A DNA stretch of 48,759 bases from Chiloscyllium plagiosum. Its lineage: Eukaryota. The notes under the pieces are model-generated. The model did no database searches. It was given only the letters and a program-made list of their open reading frames with translations, and was not told the origin of the DNA. Of this stretch, positions 12,770 to 24,799 are shown one piece after another (within the stretch, counting starts at the first letter, position 1; each line of letters begins with the position of its first letter). Made by a program: the position numbers and the translations under genes. The stretch is from contig NC_057754.1 of NCBI RefSeq assembly GCF_004010195.1, positions 7,352,434 to 7,401,192 of the forward strand, given 5' to 3'.

Positions 12770-13790
12770 TGTCAGTGCAGCGCTCCCTCAGGACTGACCT
12801 TCCAACAGTGCGGCACTCCCTCAGCACTGATCCTCCGACAGTGCGGCATTCCCTCAGCAATGACCCTCCGACGGTGCGGCACTCCCTCAGTACTGACCTT
12901 CCAACAGTGCGGCACTCCCTTAGTACCGACCCTCCGACAGTGCGGCATTCCCTAAATACTGACCATCCGACAGTGTGGCACTTCCTCAAAACTAACCCTC
13001 CGACAGTGCAGCACTTCCTCAGTACTGACCTTCCAACAGTGCAGCACTCCCTCAATACTGACCCTCCGACAGTGCGGCGCTCCCTCAGCACTGACCCTCC
13101 GACCGTGCAGCACTCCCTCAGCACTGACCCTCTGACAGTGCGGCACTCCCTGAGTACTGACCCTCCGACAGTGTGGCACTCCCTCAGCACTGACCCTCCA
13201 ACAGTGCGGCATTCCCTAAATACTGACCCTCCGACAGTGTGGCACTCCCTCAATACTGACCCTCCGACAGTGCGGCACTCCCTGAGTATTGACCCTCCGA
13301 CAGTGCGGCACTTCCTCAGTACTGACCCTCTGACAGTGCAGCACTCCCACAGCACTGACCCTCCGACAGTGCGGCGCTCCCTCAGTACTGACCCTCCGAC
13401 AGTGCTGGGCTCCCTCAGTACTGACCCTCCGACAGTGCGGCACCCCTCAGCACTGACCCTCCGACAGTGCGGCACTTCCTCAGTACCGACCTCAGTATCG
13501 ACCCTCCGACAGAGCGGCACTCCCTCAGTACTGACCCTCCGACAATGTAGCACTCCCTCAATACTGACCCTCCGACAGTGCGGCGCTCCCTCAGTACTGA
13601 CCCTCCGACAGTGCGGCACTCCCTCAATACTGACCCTCCGACAGTGCGGCACTCCCTCAGTACTGACCCTCGGAGAGTGCAGCACCCCCTCAGTACCGAC
13701 CATCCGACAGTGCAGCATTCCCTCAGTACCGACCCTCTGACAGTGCGGCACTCCCCCAGTACTGACCCACCGACAGTGCCGCACTCCCTC
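12770..13790 (+). repeat. 33-bp satellite (CACTCCCTCAGTACTGACCCTCCGACAGTGCGG)n, about 30 copies
   Basis: Tandem 33-mers; they produce the spurious HSLSTDPPTVR ORFs. Confidence 0.97.
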
Positions 13791-14391
13791 TGTACTAGAG
13801 ATTGAGAGCTGGGTATGTCCCTGCGATGGTGTTACAGGGGGAATGCCTCCAGCTCTTGATCATGCTGACCCCTTGACGTCTGACACACATTGGATCAGGA
13901 GGGATCACTATGGGGTCAGGGCAGGTCAGAGGTCACACCCGCTTGAGCTCATGGAACCTGACAATTAACTCCAGCCCTGCTCTGTACCAAACTGGGCCCA
14001 GTGTTCCCCAGGACAGCAAAATCTGGTTTTAAGAAATCCGTTAGATCGGTGTATACCTCGCCGTACCTGTGTCAGTGTTTGTCACAGATCCTGTCACTCC
14101 GTTAAAGTCAGTGAGGCCTAACATTTGGCCCTCAGGTCTGAAGCAGCTTGCTGTCATTGTCAAACCTCCCTGATGCTCAGAGACAGGCACAGGCTCCCTC
14201 CAGTCATTCTTGGTCTCCCTCCTGTCACACCTCCTCAGTTCACGCGGCCTCTGACAGGCTCTGACATTTCACACTGAAAATGACCTCCTCCTTTTTGCCT
14301 CATCTGGGATCGCGTCAGATTCAGAGCTCCAAACCTGGCCATTCGGCCTATCAAGCTAATGTTGTAGAGATTACATTTGACGTCAACCAGT

Positions 14392-15240
14392 GTCATAGAG
14401 TCATAGAGAAGTGCAACATGGAAACAGACCCTTCGGTCCAACTTGTCCATGCCAACCAGATATCTTAAATTAATCTAGTCCCATTTGCCAGCACCTGGCC
14501 CATATCCCTCCAAACCCTTCCTATTCATATACCCATCCAGATGCCTTTTAAATGTTATCATTGTACCAGCCTCCACCACTTCCTCTGGCAGCTCATTCCA
14601 TACATGTACCACCGTCTGTGTGAAAGATTTGCCCTTTAGGTCTCTTTTATATCTTTCCCCTCTCACCCTAAACCTATGCCCTCTAGTTCTGGATTCCCCC
14701 ACCCCAGGGATAAAGACCTTGTCCAAATACCTATCCATGTCCCTCATAATTTTATAAACCTCCACAAGGTCATCCCTCACCCTCCGACGCTCCAGGGAAA
14801 ACAGCCTCAGCCTGTTCAGCCTCTCCCTGTAGCTCAAACCCTCCAACCCTGGCAACATCCTTGTAAATCTTTTCTGAACGCTTTCAAGTTTCACAACATC
14901 CTTCCAATAGGAAGGAGACCAGAATTGCACGCAATATTCCAACAGTGGTCTAACCAATGTCCTGTACATCCGCAACATGACCTCCCAACTCCTGTACTCA
15001 ATACTGACCAATCAAGGAAAGTCGACCAAACGCCTTCTTCACTATCTACCTGCGACTCTACTTTCAAGGAGATATGAACCTGCACTCCAAGGTCTCTTTG
15101 GTCAGCAACACTCCCCAGAACCTTTTCCATTATAAATCTTGCCCTGATGTGCCTTTCCAAAAGTGCAGCACCTCACATTTATCTCAATTGAACTCCATCT
15201 GCCACTCCTCAGCCCATTAGCCCATCTGATCAAGATCCTG
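14392..15240 (-). mobile_element. CR1 (HER1-like) LINE 3' fragment
   Basis: YRTLVRPLLEYCVQFWSP..LESVQKRFTRMLPGLEGLSYRERL..WNELPEEVVEA; tail CTATGACTCTATGA. Confidence 0.93.
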
Positions 15241-15624
15241 TGGCCCCACATCCCTTTATCCCCTTCTCCCTCGTGTGTTAATCTGTTTCCCTTTTTTACA
15301 GTCTGCACCGTTCGCCTCACAATCTCTGTGGTGGTGAGGTCCTAAGACCGCACCATGATCCGAGTAAAGTCGGAAGCAGTAGAAAAGGCCATTTAGCCCC
15401 TCTAGTATTCTTCATCTTCGATATGATCGTGGTCAATCACATTGTGGCCTGGATCCCCACTCAAACCCAGCCTTGAATGAGTTCGGCAGGTCTCTCTACA
15501 ATGCTCACTGGGGAAGAGAATTGAGAAGACCATCCACCGAAAGAAATTCTCTCCATTTAGGTCGTCACTGGAGCCCCCACCCCCCCCCAACTCCATTCTG
15601 AGACCATCTCTCCTCAAAGAATTT

Positions 15625-16350
15625 CGTCCCTGGGCCTTGAGGAAAACAGGAAGTACAGGAGGGAATTTAAGGAAAGCAATTAAAAGAGCACAAAGGGCAC
15701 ATGAGAAAGACTGGGAGAGGGAGAATCCTGAGGTAATTTCCACACGCAAGAAAGGGGAGTGGTTAACCAGGGGAAAGAGTAGAGCCTGATCAGGGAGCAA
15801 GGGGGCAATCTGTGTGTGAAGCTGCGGGATATTGGAAGGGGGGGGGGGTCGAGCGAATACTGCTCTTCAGTCTTCACTCTGGAAAAGGAGTACTGAGGTA
15901 CGGGATTCAGGACAAGGGACTGCGTGGAACTTGCGCAGTTTGGCACAGGAAATGGGGAAGGTAGTGGTGGCTTTATCGGGCTTACAAACAGAAAATTCCC
16001 CGATGAATTGTATCCCAGGCTGCTGTGGGAGGGTGAGGCAGGGGCTCTGTTGCAAATTTTTAATTCCTCCCTGGTCACGGGGGGGGGGGGGGGGGGGGGG
16101 GGTGAAGGGGGGGATGTACAAGAGGACTGAGGGACAGCTAGCATGGTTCCACTTTTTAAGATGGGTGGTGTAGTGATGAACCTGGAAATTACAGAGTCTC
16201 ATGTCAGTGGTAGGGAAACTATTATAGAAAATTCTGAAGGAGAGAATCGTCACTTGGAATGGAAATGGGTTAATTAGGGATAGTCAGCGCGGCTTTGTCA
16301 GAGTGAAGTCATGCTGAACAAATTTGTTAGCTGATGTATGGATTTCAGCA
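15625..16350 (+). mobile_element. Degraded CR1 ORF2 internal fragment
   Basis: KFPDELYPRLLWE..ALLQIFNSSLVTG (the KSPGPD..PR.L region upstream of RT). Confidence 0.7.
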
Positions 16351-16361
16351 CAAGGTGCCAA

Positions 16362-17492
16362 TAGACAATAGGTGCAGGAGTAGGCCATTCTGCCCTTCGA
16401 GCCTGCACCACCATTCAGTATGATCATGGCTGATCATCCTTAATCAGTACCATGTTCCTGCCTTATCTCCATAACCCTTGATTCCACTATCCTTGAGAGC
16501 TCTATCCAACTCTTTCTTAAATGAATCCAGAGACTGGGCCTCCACTGCCCTCTGGGGCAGAGCATTCCACACAGCCACCACTCTCTGGGTGAAGAAGTTT
16601 CTCCTCATCTCTGTCCTAAATGGTCTACCCTGTATTTTTAAGCTGTGTCCCCTGGTTCGGCACTCACCCATCAGCGGAAACATGTTTCTAGCCTTTTTCA
16701 CTACCTGCTGTNNNNNNNNNNNNNNNNNNNNNNNNNNNNNNNNNNNNNNNNNNNNNNNNNNNNNNNNNNNNNNNNNNNNNNNNNNNNNNNNNNNNNNNNN
16801 NNNNNNNNNNNNNNNNNNNNNNNNNNNNNNNNNNNNNNNNNNNNNNNNNNNNNNNNNNNNNNNNNNNNNNNNNNNNNNNNNNNNNNNNNNNNNNNNNNNN
16901 NNNNNNNNNNNNNNNNNNNNNNNNNNNNNNNNNNNNNNNNNNNNNNNNNNNNNNNNNNNNNNNNNNNNNNNNNNNNNNNNNNNNNNNNNNNNNNNNNNNN
17001 NNNNNNNNNNNNNNNNNNNNNNNNNNNNNNNNNNNNNNNNNNNNNNNNNNNNNNNNNNNNNNNNNNNNNNNNNNNNNNNNNNNNNNNNNNNNNNNNNNNN
17101 NNNNNNNNNNNNNNNNNNNNNNNNNNNNNNNNNNNNNNNNNNNNNNNNNNNNNNNNNNNNNNNNNTCTCTCTCCCATCTTTCTTAAAAAGTGGTACAACA
17201 TTAGCCACCCTCCAATCTGCAGGAACTGATCCTGAATCAATCTTTCGAACTCTGGAAAATAATCACCAACGCATCCACGATTTCCCGAGCCACCTCCTTC
17301 AGTGCCCTGGGATGTAGACCATCAGGCCCTGGGGACTTATCAACCTTCAGACCTAACCGTCTCTCCAACACCAATTCCTGGCAAATATAAATTCCCTTAA
17401 GTTCAGGTCCTTCAGCCACTGTTACCTCAGGGAGATTACTTGTGTCTTCCCCAGTGAACACAGATCTGAAGTACCAATTCAATTCTTCTGCC
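16362..17492 (-). mobile_element. CR1 LINE spanning a 454-N gap (16712-17165)
   Basis: KVDKSPGPDGLHPRALKE..ANVVPLFKK before the gap; RTRGHSLK..FFTQRVVAVWNALPQRAVEA after it, in consistent orientation. Confidence 0.88.
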
Positions 17493-17537
17493 ACATGGGA
17501 GACTGATTGCGAAGGCTAAAGGACACAGAGTTTACTT

Positions 17538-17763
17538 ACTTAGCGTGGAAACAGGCCCTTCGGCCCAACAAGTCCACACCGACCCTCCGAAGAGCAACCC
17601 ACCCAGACCCATTCCCCTACATTTACCCCTTACCTAACACTACGGGCAATTTAGCATGGCCAATCCACCCTAACCTGCACATTTTTGGACTGTGGGAGGA
17701 AACCGGAGCACCCGGAGGAAACCCACGCAGACACGGGAAGAACGTGCAAACTCCACACAGACA
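17538..17763 (-). mobile_element. HE1-type V-SINE
   Basis: Reverse complement of the 43204-43512 copy (V-domain and tail). Confidence 0.88.
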
Positions 17764-17819
17764 GTTGCAAATTACTGGCCGTCCCTGGGTGGGCCTGCAC
17801 CACTAGCCTTTCTGTTAAC

Positions 17820-18830
17820 AGCCTTGAGGGAGATGGAACAGAAACTGGCTTCATAATGGGGTACAAAGGGTAGTGATTGAGTGACTGGAGGCCGGTGTCC
17901 AGCCGTGTTCCACAAGGACCAGCAGTGGGGACCCTTACTGCTTGTTAAACACAGAAATGATGAAAATATGGGGGGGCATGTTAAGCAGGTGGTGCCGAGA
18001 TCAGTAGAGTGGTTAATGGTGAAGAGGTTGGCTGTAGATTACAGGAAGATACAGATGTGTTGGTCAGATGGGGAGATCAGGTGTTTAATCCTGATGAGGT
18101 GCTGCACCTTGGAAGGAGAAAGAAGATGAGGGAGTATTTAACGAATGACAGGACACTGAGGAACAGAGGGATCTGGGGCTAATTATTCACAGATCCCTGA
18201 AGTCGGCAGAGCACATGAACAGGATAGTTAAGGCTTCATGGGACACTTGCTTTCATCAGTCGTGGGTAGAGTATGAGAGCAGGGAAGTAATGTCTGAGTT
18301 ATACAGTGGGTTGGTCAGGCCGCAGTCTGGACAGTTCTGGTCCCCTCACTACAGGACGGAGGTGATCGCACTGGAGGGGGTACAGAGGAGGTTCACCACG
18401 ATGTTCCCTGGGATGGAGACATTGAGCAACAAGGAGAGGGGAGGGGCACATGACTGAGGTGGATACGATTATGAGGGGGATGGACAGGATGAGTAGAGAA
18501 CAGCTGCTCCCCTTGGTAAAGGGGTCAATCATGGGGGGGGGGGCATAGTTTTAGGGTTAAGGGCGGGAGATTCAGAGGGGATTTGGGGATAAACCGTTTT
18601 TCACACAGCAGGCGGTGGGAATCTGGAAGGCACTGCCTGGGAAGGTATTGGAGACCGGAGACCTTCTGACCTTTAGAAAATATTTAGATGAGCGCTTAAA
18701 CTCTCATAACATTCAAGGACGTGCAACAGGAGCAGAAAATTGGGATTAGTGCACCTTTAATGGTAGTTATGTCAGTGCAGGCTCGATAGGCCGAAGGGTC
18801 CTGGCTATGCTGTATGAATCTATGATTGTA
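17820..18830 (+). mobile_element. Degraded CR1 RT and 3' end
   Basis: LVRPQ..QFWSPHYR.EVIALEGVQRRFT.M.PG motifs with frameshifts; TCTATGA tail. Confidence 0.8.
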
Positions 18831-18841
18831 TGAAAATCCTT

Positions 18842-20778
18842 AGAGCATATTCTGTAGAGCATAGAACAAAGAAAATAGAACACAAAGCATAGAGCACAGA
18901 ACAGAGAGCACAGAACAGAGAGCACAGAACAGAGAGCACAGAACATAGAACACAGAACATAGAACACAGAGCATAGAGCACAGAACATAGAGCACAGAAC
19001 ATAGAGCACAGAACATAGAGCACAGAACATAGAACACAAAGCATAGAGCACAGAACATAGAGCACAGAACATGGAGCACAGAACATAGAGCATAGAACAC
19101 CCCTCTGCACCCTCCCACTCCCAGGAATCAATCCCAATGGCTCCCTTGACCTGCAGTGATCCAGTGAAAGGACAGAAGTAAACAGAACAAAGAACATAGA
19201 ACATAGAGCATAGAACATAGATCAGAGAGCATAGAACATAGAGCCCAGAACATGGAACATAGAGCCCAGAACATAGAACATAGAGCATAGAACATAGATC
19301 AGAGAGCATAGAACATAGAGCCCAGAACATGGAACATAGAGCCCAGAACATAGAACATAGAGCATAGATCATGGAGCATAGAACATTGAACATAGAGCCC
19401 AGAACATAGAGCATAGAACATAGAACATAGTGCATAGAGCATAGAACATAGAGCATAGAACATAGAGCATAGAACGTAGAGCATAGAGCGTAGAGCATAG
19501 AACATAGAGCATAGAACATAGAGCATAGAGCATACAACATACAGCATAGAACATAGAGCATAGAGCATAGAACATGGAACATAAAGCATAGATCATAGAA
19601 CATAGAACATAGAGCATAGAGCATAGAGCATAGAACATAGATAAAGAACATAGAGCATAGAGCATAGAACATAAAGCATAGAGCATAGAGCATAGAACAT
19701 AGAGCATAGAACGTAGAGCATAGAACATAGAGCATAGAGCATAGACAATAGAGCATAGAACATAGAGCATAGAGCATAGAACATGGAACATAGAGCATAG
19801 AACATAGAACAAAGAGCATAGAACATAGAACAAAGAACATAGAGCATAGAGCATAGAACATAGACCATAGAACATAGACCATGGAACATACAGCATAGAA
19901 CATAGAGCATAGAGCATAGAACATAGAGATTAGAGCATAGAACATAGAGCACAGAACATAGAGCATAGAGCATAGAACATAGAGCATAGAACATAGAGCA
20001 TAGAACATAGAGCATAGAGCATAGAGCATAGAAAAAGAACATAGAGTATAGAGCATAGAGCATAGAACATAGAACATAGACCAAAGAACATAGAACATAG
20101 GCCATGGAACATACAGCATAGAACATAGAGCATAGAGCATAGAACATAGAGCACAGAACATAGAGCATAGAGCATAGAACATAGAGCATAGAACATAGAG
20201 CATAGAGCACTGAACATAGAAAAAGAACATAGAGCAGAGAACATAGAGAATAGAGCATAGAACATAGAAAAAGAACATAGAGTATAGAGCATAGAGCATA
20301 GAACATGGAACATAAAGCATAGATCATAGAGCATAGAGCATAGAACATAGAAAAAGAACATAGAGCATAGAGCATAGAACATAAAGCATAGAGCATAGAA
20401 CATAGAGCACAGAGCATAGAGCATAGAAAAAGAACATAGAGCATAGAGTATAGAGCATAGAACATAGAACATAGAACATAGAGCATCGAGCATAGAACAT
20501 AGAACATAGAACATAGAACAAAGAACATAGACCATGGAACATAGAGCATAGAGCATAGAACTTAGAGCATAGAGCATAGAGCATAGAACATAGAGCATAG
20601 AACATAGAGCATAGAGCATAGAGCATAGAAAATAGAGCATAGAACATAGAGCATAGAGCATAGAACATAGAGCACAGAGCATAGACCATGGAACATAGAG
20701 CATAGAGCATAGAACTTAGAGCATAGAGCATAGAACATAAAGCATAGAACATAGAGCATAGAGCATAGAACATAGAGC
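18842..20778. repeat. 7-bp satellite (CATAGAG/CATAGAA)n, about 1.9 kb, running into a gap
   Basis: Heptamer periodicity; source of the MLYALCS ORFs; unique island at 19100-19182. Confidence 0.97.
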
Positions 20779-21278
20779 NNNNNNNNNNNNNNNNNNNNNN
20801 NNNNNNNNNNNNNNNNNNNNNNNNNNNNNNNNNNNNNNNNNNNNNNNNNNNNNNNNNNNNNNNNNNNNNNNNNNNNNNNNNNNNNNNNNNNNNNNNNNNN
20901 NNNNNNNNNNNNNNNNNNNNNNNNNNNNNNNNNNNNNNNNNNNNNNNNNNNNNNNNNNNNNNNNNNNNNNNNNNNNNNNNNNNNNNNNNNNNNNNNNNNN
21001 NNNNNNNNNNNNNNNNNNNNNNNNNNNNNNNNNNNNNNNNNNNNNNNNNNNNNNNNNNNNNNNNNNNNNNNNNNNNNNNNNNNNNNNNNNNNNNNNNNNN
21101 NNNNNNNNNNNNNNNNNNNNNNNNNNNNNNNNNNNNNNNNNNNNNNNNNNNNNNNNNNNNNNNNNNNNNNNNNNNNNNNNNNNNNNNNNNNNNNNNNNNN
21201 NNNNNNNNNNNNNNNNNNNNNNNNNNNNNNNNNNNNNNNNNNNNNNNNNNNNNNNNNNNNNNNNNNNNNNNNNNNNNN
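20779..21278. other. Assembly gap, exactly 500 N
   Basis: Counted N run. Confidence 0.95.
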
Positions 21279-21344
21279 ATTAGCTGCCATGTTACCCGCA
21301 TTGTATGGAGACAACGCTTCAGGAAGGGGTTCATTGGCCACAGA

Positions 21345-22040
21345 GTGCTTTTAGATGGGGACCTTTTAGCGCAGGTTTGTAGCTCCTCGAAAGTGGAGTC
21401 ACAGGTAGACAGGATAGTGAAGAAGGTGATTGGTACATTTGGCTTTATTGATCACACTGAGTGTAGACATTGGGAGGTCATGTTGCAGCTGTACAGGACA
21501 GTGATTAGGCCACTTTTGGAATATCGTGTGCAACTCTGGTCTCCCTCCTATAGGAAAGATGTTGTCAAACTTTGAAAGATGTTCAGAAAAGATTTACATG
21601 GATGTTTTCAGGGTTGGAGGGTTTGAGCTATAGGGAGAGGCTGAACAGGCTGGGGCTGTTTTCTCTGGAGCGTCAGAGGCTGAGGTTTATGAAATCATGA
21701 GGGGCATGGATAGGGTGAACAGCCAACGTCTTTTTCACAGAGTAGGGGAGTCCAAAACTAGAAGACGTAGGTTTAAGGTGAGAGGGGAGAAATTTAAAAG
21801 GGGCATCTTTTTCACGCAGAAGGTAGCACGTGTAAGGAACGAGCTGTCAGAGGAGGTGGTGGAGGCTAGTATAATTGCAACATTTAAAAGACGTCTGGAT
21901 GGGTATATGAATAGGAAGAGTTTAGAGACATACAGGCCAAATACTGCAAATGGGACTAGATAGGTTTGGATATCTGGTCGGCATGGACTAGTTTGACCAA
22001 AGGGTCTATTTCCGTGCTGTACAGCTCTATGACTCTATGA
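21345..22040 (+). mobile_element. CR1 LINE 3' fragment
   Basis: LYRTVIRPLLEYRVQLWSPSYRKD..FFTQKVARVRNELSEEVVEA; CTCTATGACTCTATGA tail. Confidence 0.9.
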
Positions 22041-22734
22041 TTGTATGAGATGGCAGGTAGACATGAGGAGCAAGTCTTTTTAAAGAGCGACTTGAGGGTG
22101 TTGCATTCAGAGCTTTGCAAAAATATCTGGGCAGGTGGTGTCATAAATACAATTTAAAAATAGAAGCGTAGAGTACAAAGGCTTCACAAAACCCAAACAG
22201 AGTCCCAATTTGGCTCAATATTGTCCAGTTCTGGGCACCATACTTTAGGAAGGATGTCAAGACTTTGAAGAGGGTGTGGAGGGTGAACGAGACAGCTTTT
22301 GATTACCTGAAAGAGCTGGAGATGTTCTCAGAGAAGGGGAGATTTGCTAGAGGCGTTTAGAGTCATGGAGCGGCTCCACCAAGCAGATCAAAAGAATTGG
22401 TTTTCAACAACTGAAGGGGGCACAAGTTTAAAGAAAATGTGCAAGATTAGGAAAATGTCTGTTTCAAAATGAAAAGGCCATGTAGCCAAACAAATATCTG
22501 TCACCATTTTTAAAGGATGCTAACTCCAGACATTGATCATTCAATTATTTAGTGTTCACAAGTTAACACCACGTAAAACTTCTGTGGCTTTTCACCAAGC
22601 CCTTCTGTCAATACACACCACTGCAGATCGCTAAATTTCTATTCAGTTTTTCTATGTCAATAGTCACACTGTAGCGACAGGCTCTGGCCACCAGGAGGCA
22701 AGATGGAACCAAATCATAAAGATTCCCAAATCTG

Positions 22735-23110
22735 GAGAGAACAAAGAACAGTGCAGCTCAGGAACAAAGCCCACCCAGACAATACCAACACGAGATACCT
22801 TTCTAAGCTAAAGACCTTTTGCCTCTGCACAGTCCGTATCTCTCTATTCCTTCCCTATTCATATATCTGTCAAGTTGTGTCTTGAATGTTGCTAATGTGT
22901 CTGCCTCCACCACTTCCTCTGGCAGCTCATTCCATACACGCACCACCCTCTGCGTGAAAAAGTTGCACCTTATGTCCCTTTTCAATCTTTCCCCTCTCAC
23001 CCTAAACCTATGTCCTCTAGTTCTGGGTTGGCCCATCTGATCAAGGTCCCGTTGTACTCTGAGATAACTTTCTTCACTGTCCGATTTTAGTGCCATCTGC
23101 AAACTTAACT
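22735..23110 (-). mobile_element. CR1 fragments, internally deleted
   Basis: RTRGHRFRVRGE..FFTQRVVRVWNELPEEVVEA joined to a FADD-region remnant. Confidence 0.8.
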
Positions 23111-23484
23111 AACCATAACTTCAATATTCCCACTCAAATCCTACATCTTTGAGGACTCAATCTGCCTTCAGGTTTCCTGAGCCTCACCTATGCCTCCTTT
23201 TTCTTTTTGGCTATATCCAAAGCCACAGAGCTGAGAGTTTCGACAAAAATACAGATTTTATCTACGCCTTATTGATCTCCAGGTCTGTCTCTTAACTGTA
23301 ACTGTGATTTCCTCCAGAGAAAGGACACATTGTGATGTAGTGGGGTGGTAATGCCGAGGCCTAGATTGATGCTTATAGTCACAGGTTCAAATCCCACCAG
23401 AGCAGGTGGTGGAATTTAAGTTCAGTGAGGGGAAAGTGGAATTAAAAACTCTTCGCATGAATGATGACCACAGCAACTGTGATC

Positions 23485-23731
23485 AGGCAGAAGGTACAGA
23501 AGCCTGAACACACGCACCAGTCGGATTCGTAATAGTTTCTACCCTACTGTTGTTAGAATACTGAATGGACTCACAAACTCTTAACATTCACCTGTACCTG
23601 TGGTTTTGTTTTTGCCGCTGTTTACCTGTTATTTACTGTCTATGCTACTTAACTCTGTGAGCTGCTTGGATTGCTCACAAGACAAAGCTTTTCACTGTGT
23701 CTCGGTACACGTGACAATCAATTCAATTCAA
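23485..23731 (+). mobile_element. Rex1/Babar-like non-LTR 3' end with (ATTCA)n tail
   Basis: GRRYRSL..RIRNSFYP..RILN-type terminus; reverse-oriented copy at 47606-47835. Confidence 0.55.
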
Positions 23732-23859
23732 TTGTACTGCCCCCAATCCAGGCCCACTGCAAAGTTGTATGACTGAAATTGACTTGATTCAAGTCAACTA
23801 GCGATTGGCAACCAATGTTGGTCTTGCCATTAGATAATTCTTTGAAAAAGGCTCTGGTC

Positions 23860-24665
23860 AAACCGCATTTGGAATAGCACGGGCAGTATTTTGGGCCCTG
23901 TATCTAAGGAAGGATGTGCTAGCAATGGATAGGGTCCAGAAGAAATTTATGAAGCGCATATCACATGAGGAGCATTTGCGGGCTCTGGGTCTGCTCTCGA
24001 TGGGGTTTAGAAGGATCAGCAGGGGGTCTGATTGGAACTTACAGAATACCGAGAGGCCTGGGTAAAGTGGATGTTGGGAAGATGTTTCCAACAGTAGAGA
24101 GACTAGGACTCTAGGGCACAGCCTCAGAGTGAAGGGATGATGCTTCAGAACTGAGATGAGGAGGAATTTCTTCAGCCAGACTCTGTGGAACTCATTGCCA
24201 CAGAGGGCTGTGGACACCAAGACACAGAATGTCTTTAGGACAGAGAAAGGTGGTAAGGAAATCAAGGGTTATGGGGAGAAAGTTGGTAATGGGATCTGGG
24301 GTTATGGGAGAAAGTTGGTAATGGAATCAGGGGTTATGGGGAGAAAGTTGGTAAGGAGATCAAGGGTTATGGGGAGAAAGTTGGTAATGGGATCTGGGGT
24401 TATGGGAGAAAGTTGGTAATGGGATCAGGGGTTATGGGGAGAAAGTTGGTAAGGAGATATTAGGAGAAAGTTGGTAAAGGGATCAGGGGTTATGGGGAGA
24501 AAGTTGGTAAGGGGATCAAGGGTTATTAGGAGAAAGTTGGTAAAGGGATCAAGGGTTATGGGGAGAAAGCAAGAGAATGGGGTTGGGAAACACATCAGCC
24601 ATGATCGAATGGTGTAGTAGACTCAATAGGCCGAATGGCCTCATTCTGTTCCTATATCTTATTGT
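23860..24665 (+). mobile_element. CR1 3' fragment containing an about 32-bp tandem expansion (24255-24570)
   Basis: MRRNFFSQ.LWNSLPQRAV followed by about 10 copies of GGATCAAGGGTTATGGGGAGAAAGTTGGTAA before the normal 3' end. Confidence 0.85.
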
Positions 24666-24799
24666 CATTATAAAAGAATGCGAGAGATACAGTCAACAGG
24701 CAGTGATTGGCAGAAAGTGAATGGTACGTTGGCCTTCATAGTGAGAGGAGCAGGGATGTCTTGCTGCTGGGGCCTTACTGAGACCACAACAACACAGCA

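Larger units (their letters stand above)
11950..14340 (-). pseudogene. Putative decayed CD248/endosialin-like (group XIV C-type lectin) pseudogene, interrupted by repeats
   Basis: Collinear minus-strand remnants: PDEAKR, RACQRPRELR, WREP, SCx7Lx4FNG, GTARYTP (14340-14044, one frame, one stop); MCVRRQGVSMIKSWRHSPC (13890-13834); LGYRI and CQEWGNFQKM* (12339-12307); then Thr/Pro-rich sequence. Compared from memory with CD248 PEEAQR, RQCQLQRPLR, WAQP, SCTLAVDGYLCQFGFEG, GPAVYTTP, LCVKQPEGGVGWSRAGPLC, LGFRP and CQIAGVCQQMC. Confidence 0.5.

Noticed and set aside
12727..13805. 337/343-aa repetitive ORFs, and the 33-bp array as a CRISPR-like locus
   Set aside because: A head-to-tail satellite without unique spacers or cas genes; the unit length is a multiple of 3 and stop-free by chance. 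The same applies to 41266-42552.
18767..21341. Hydrophobic Cys/Met-rich ORFs up to 517 aa
   Set aside because: Translation of a heptamer satellite and of N runs.
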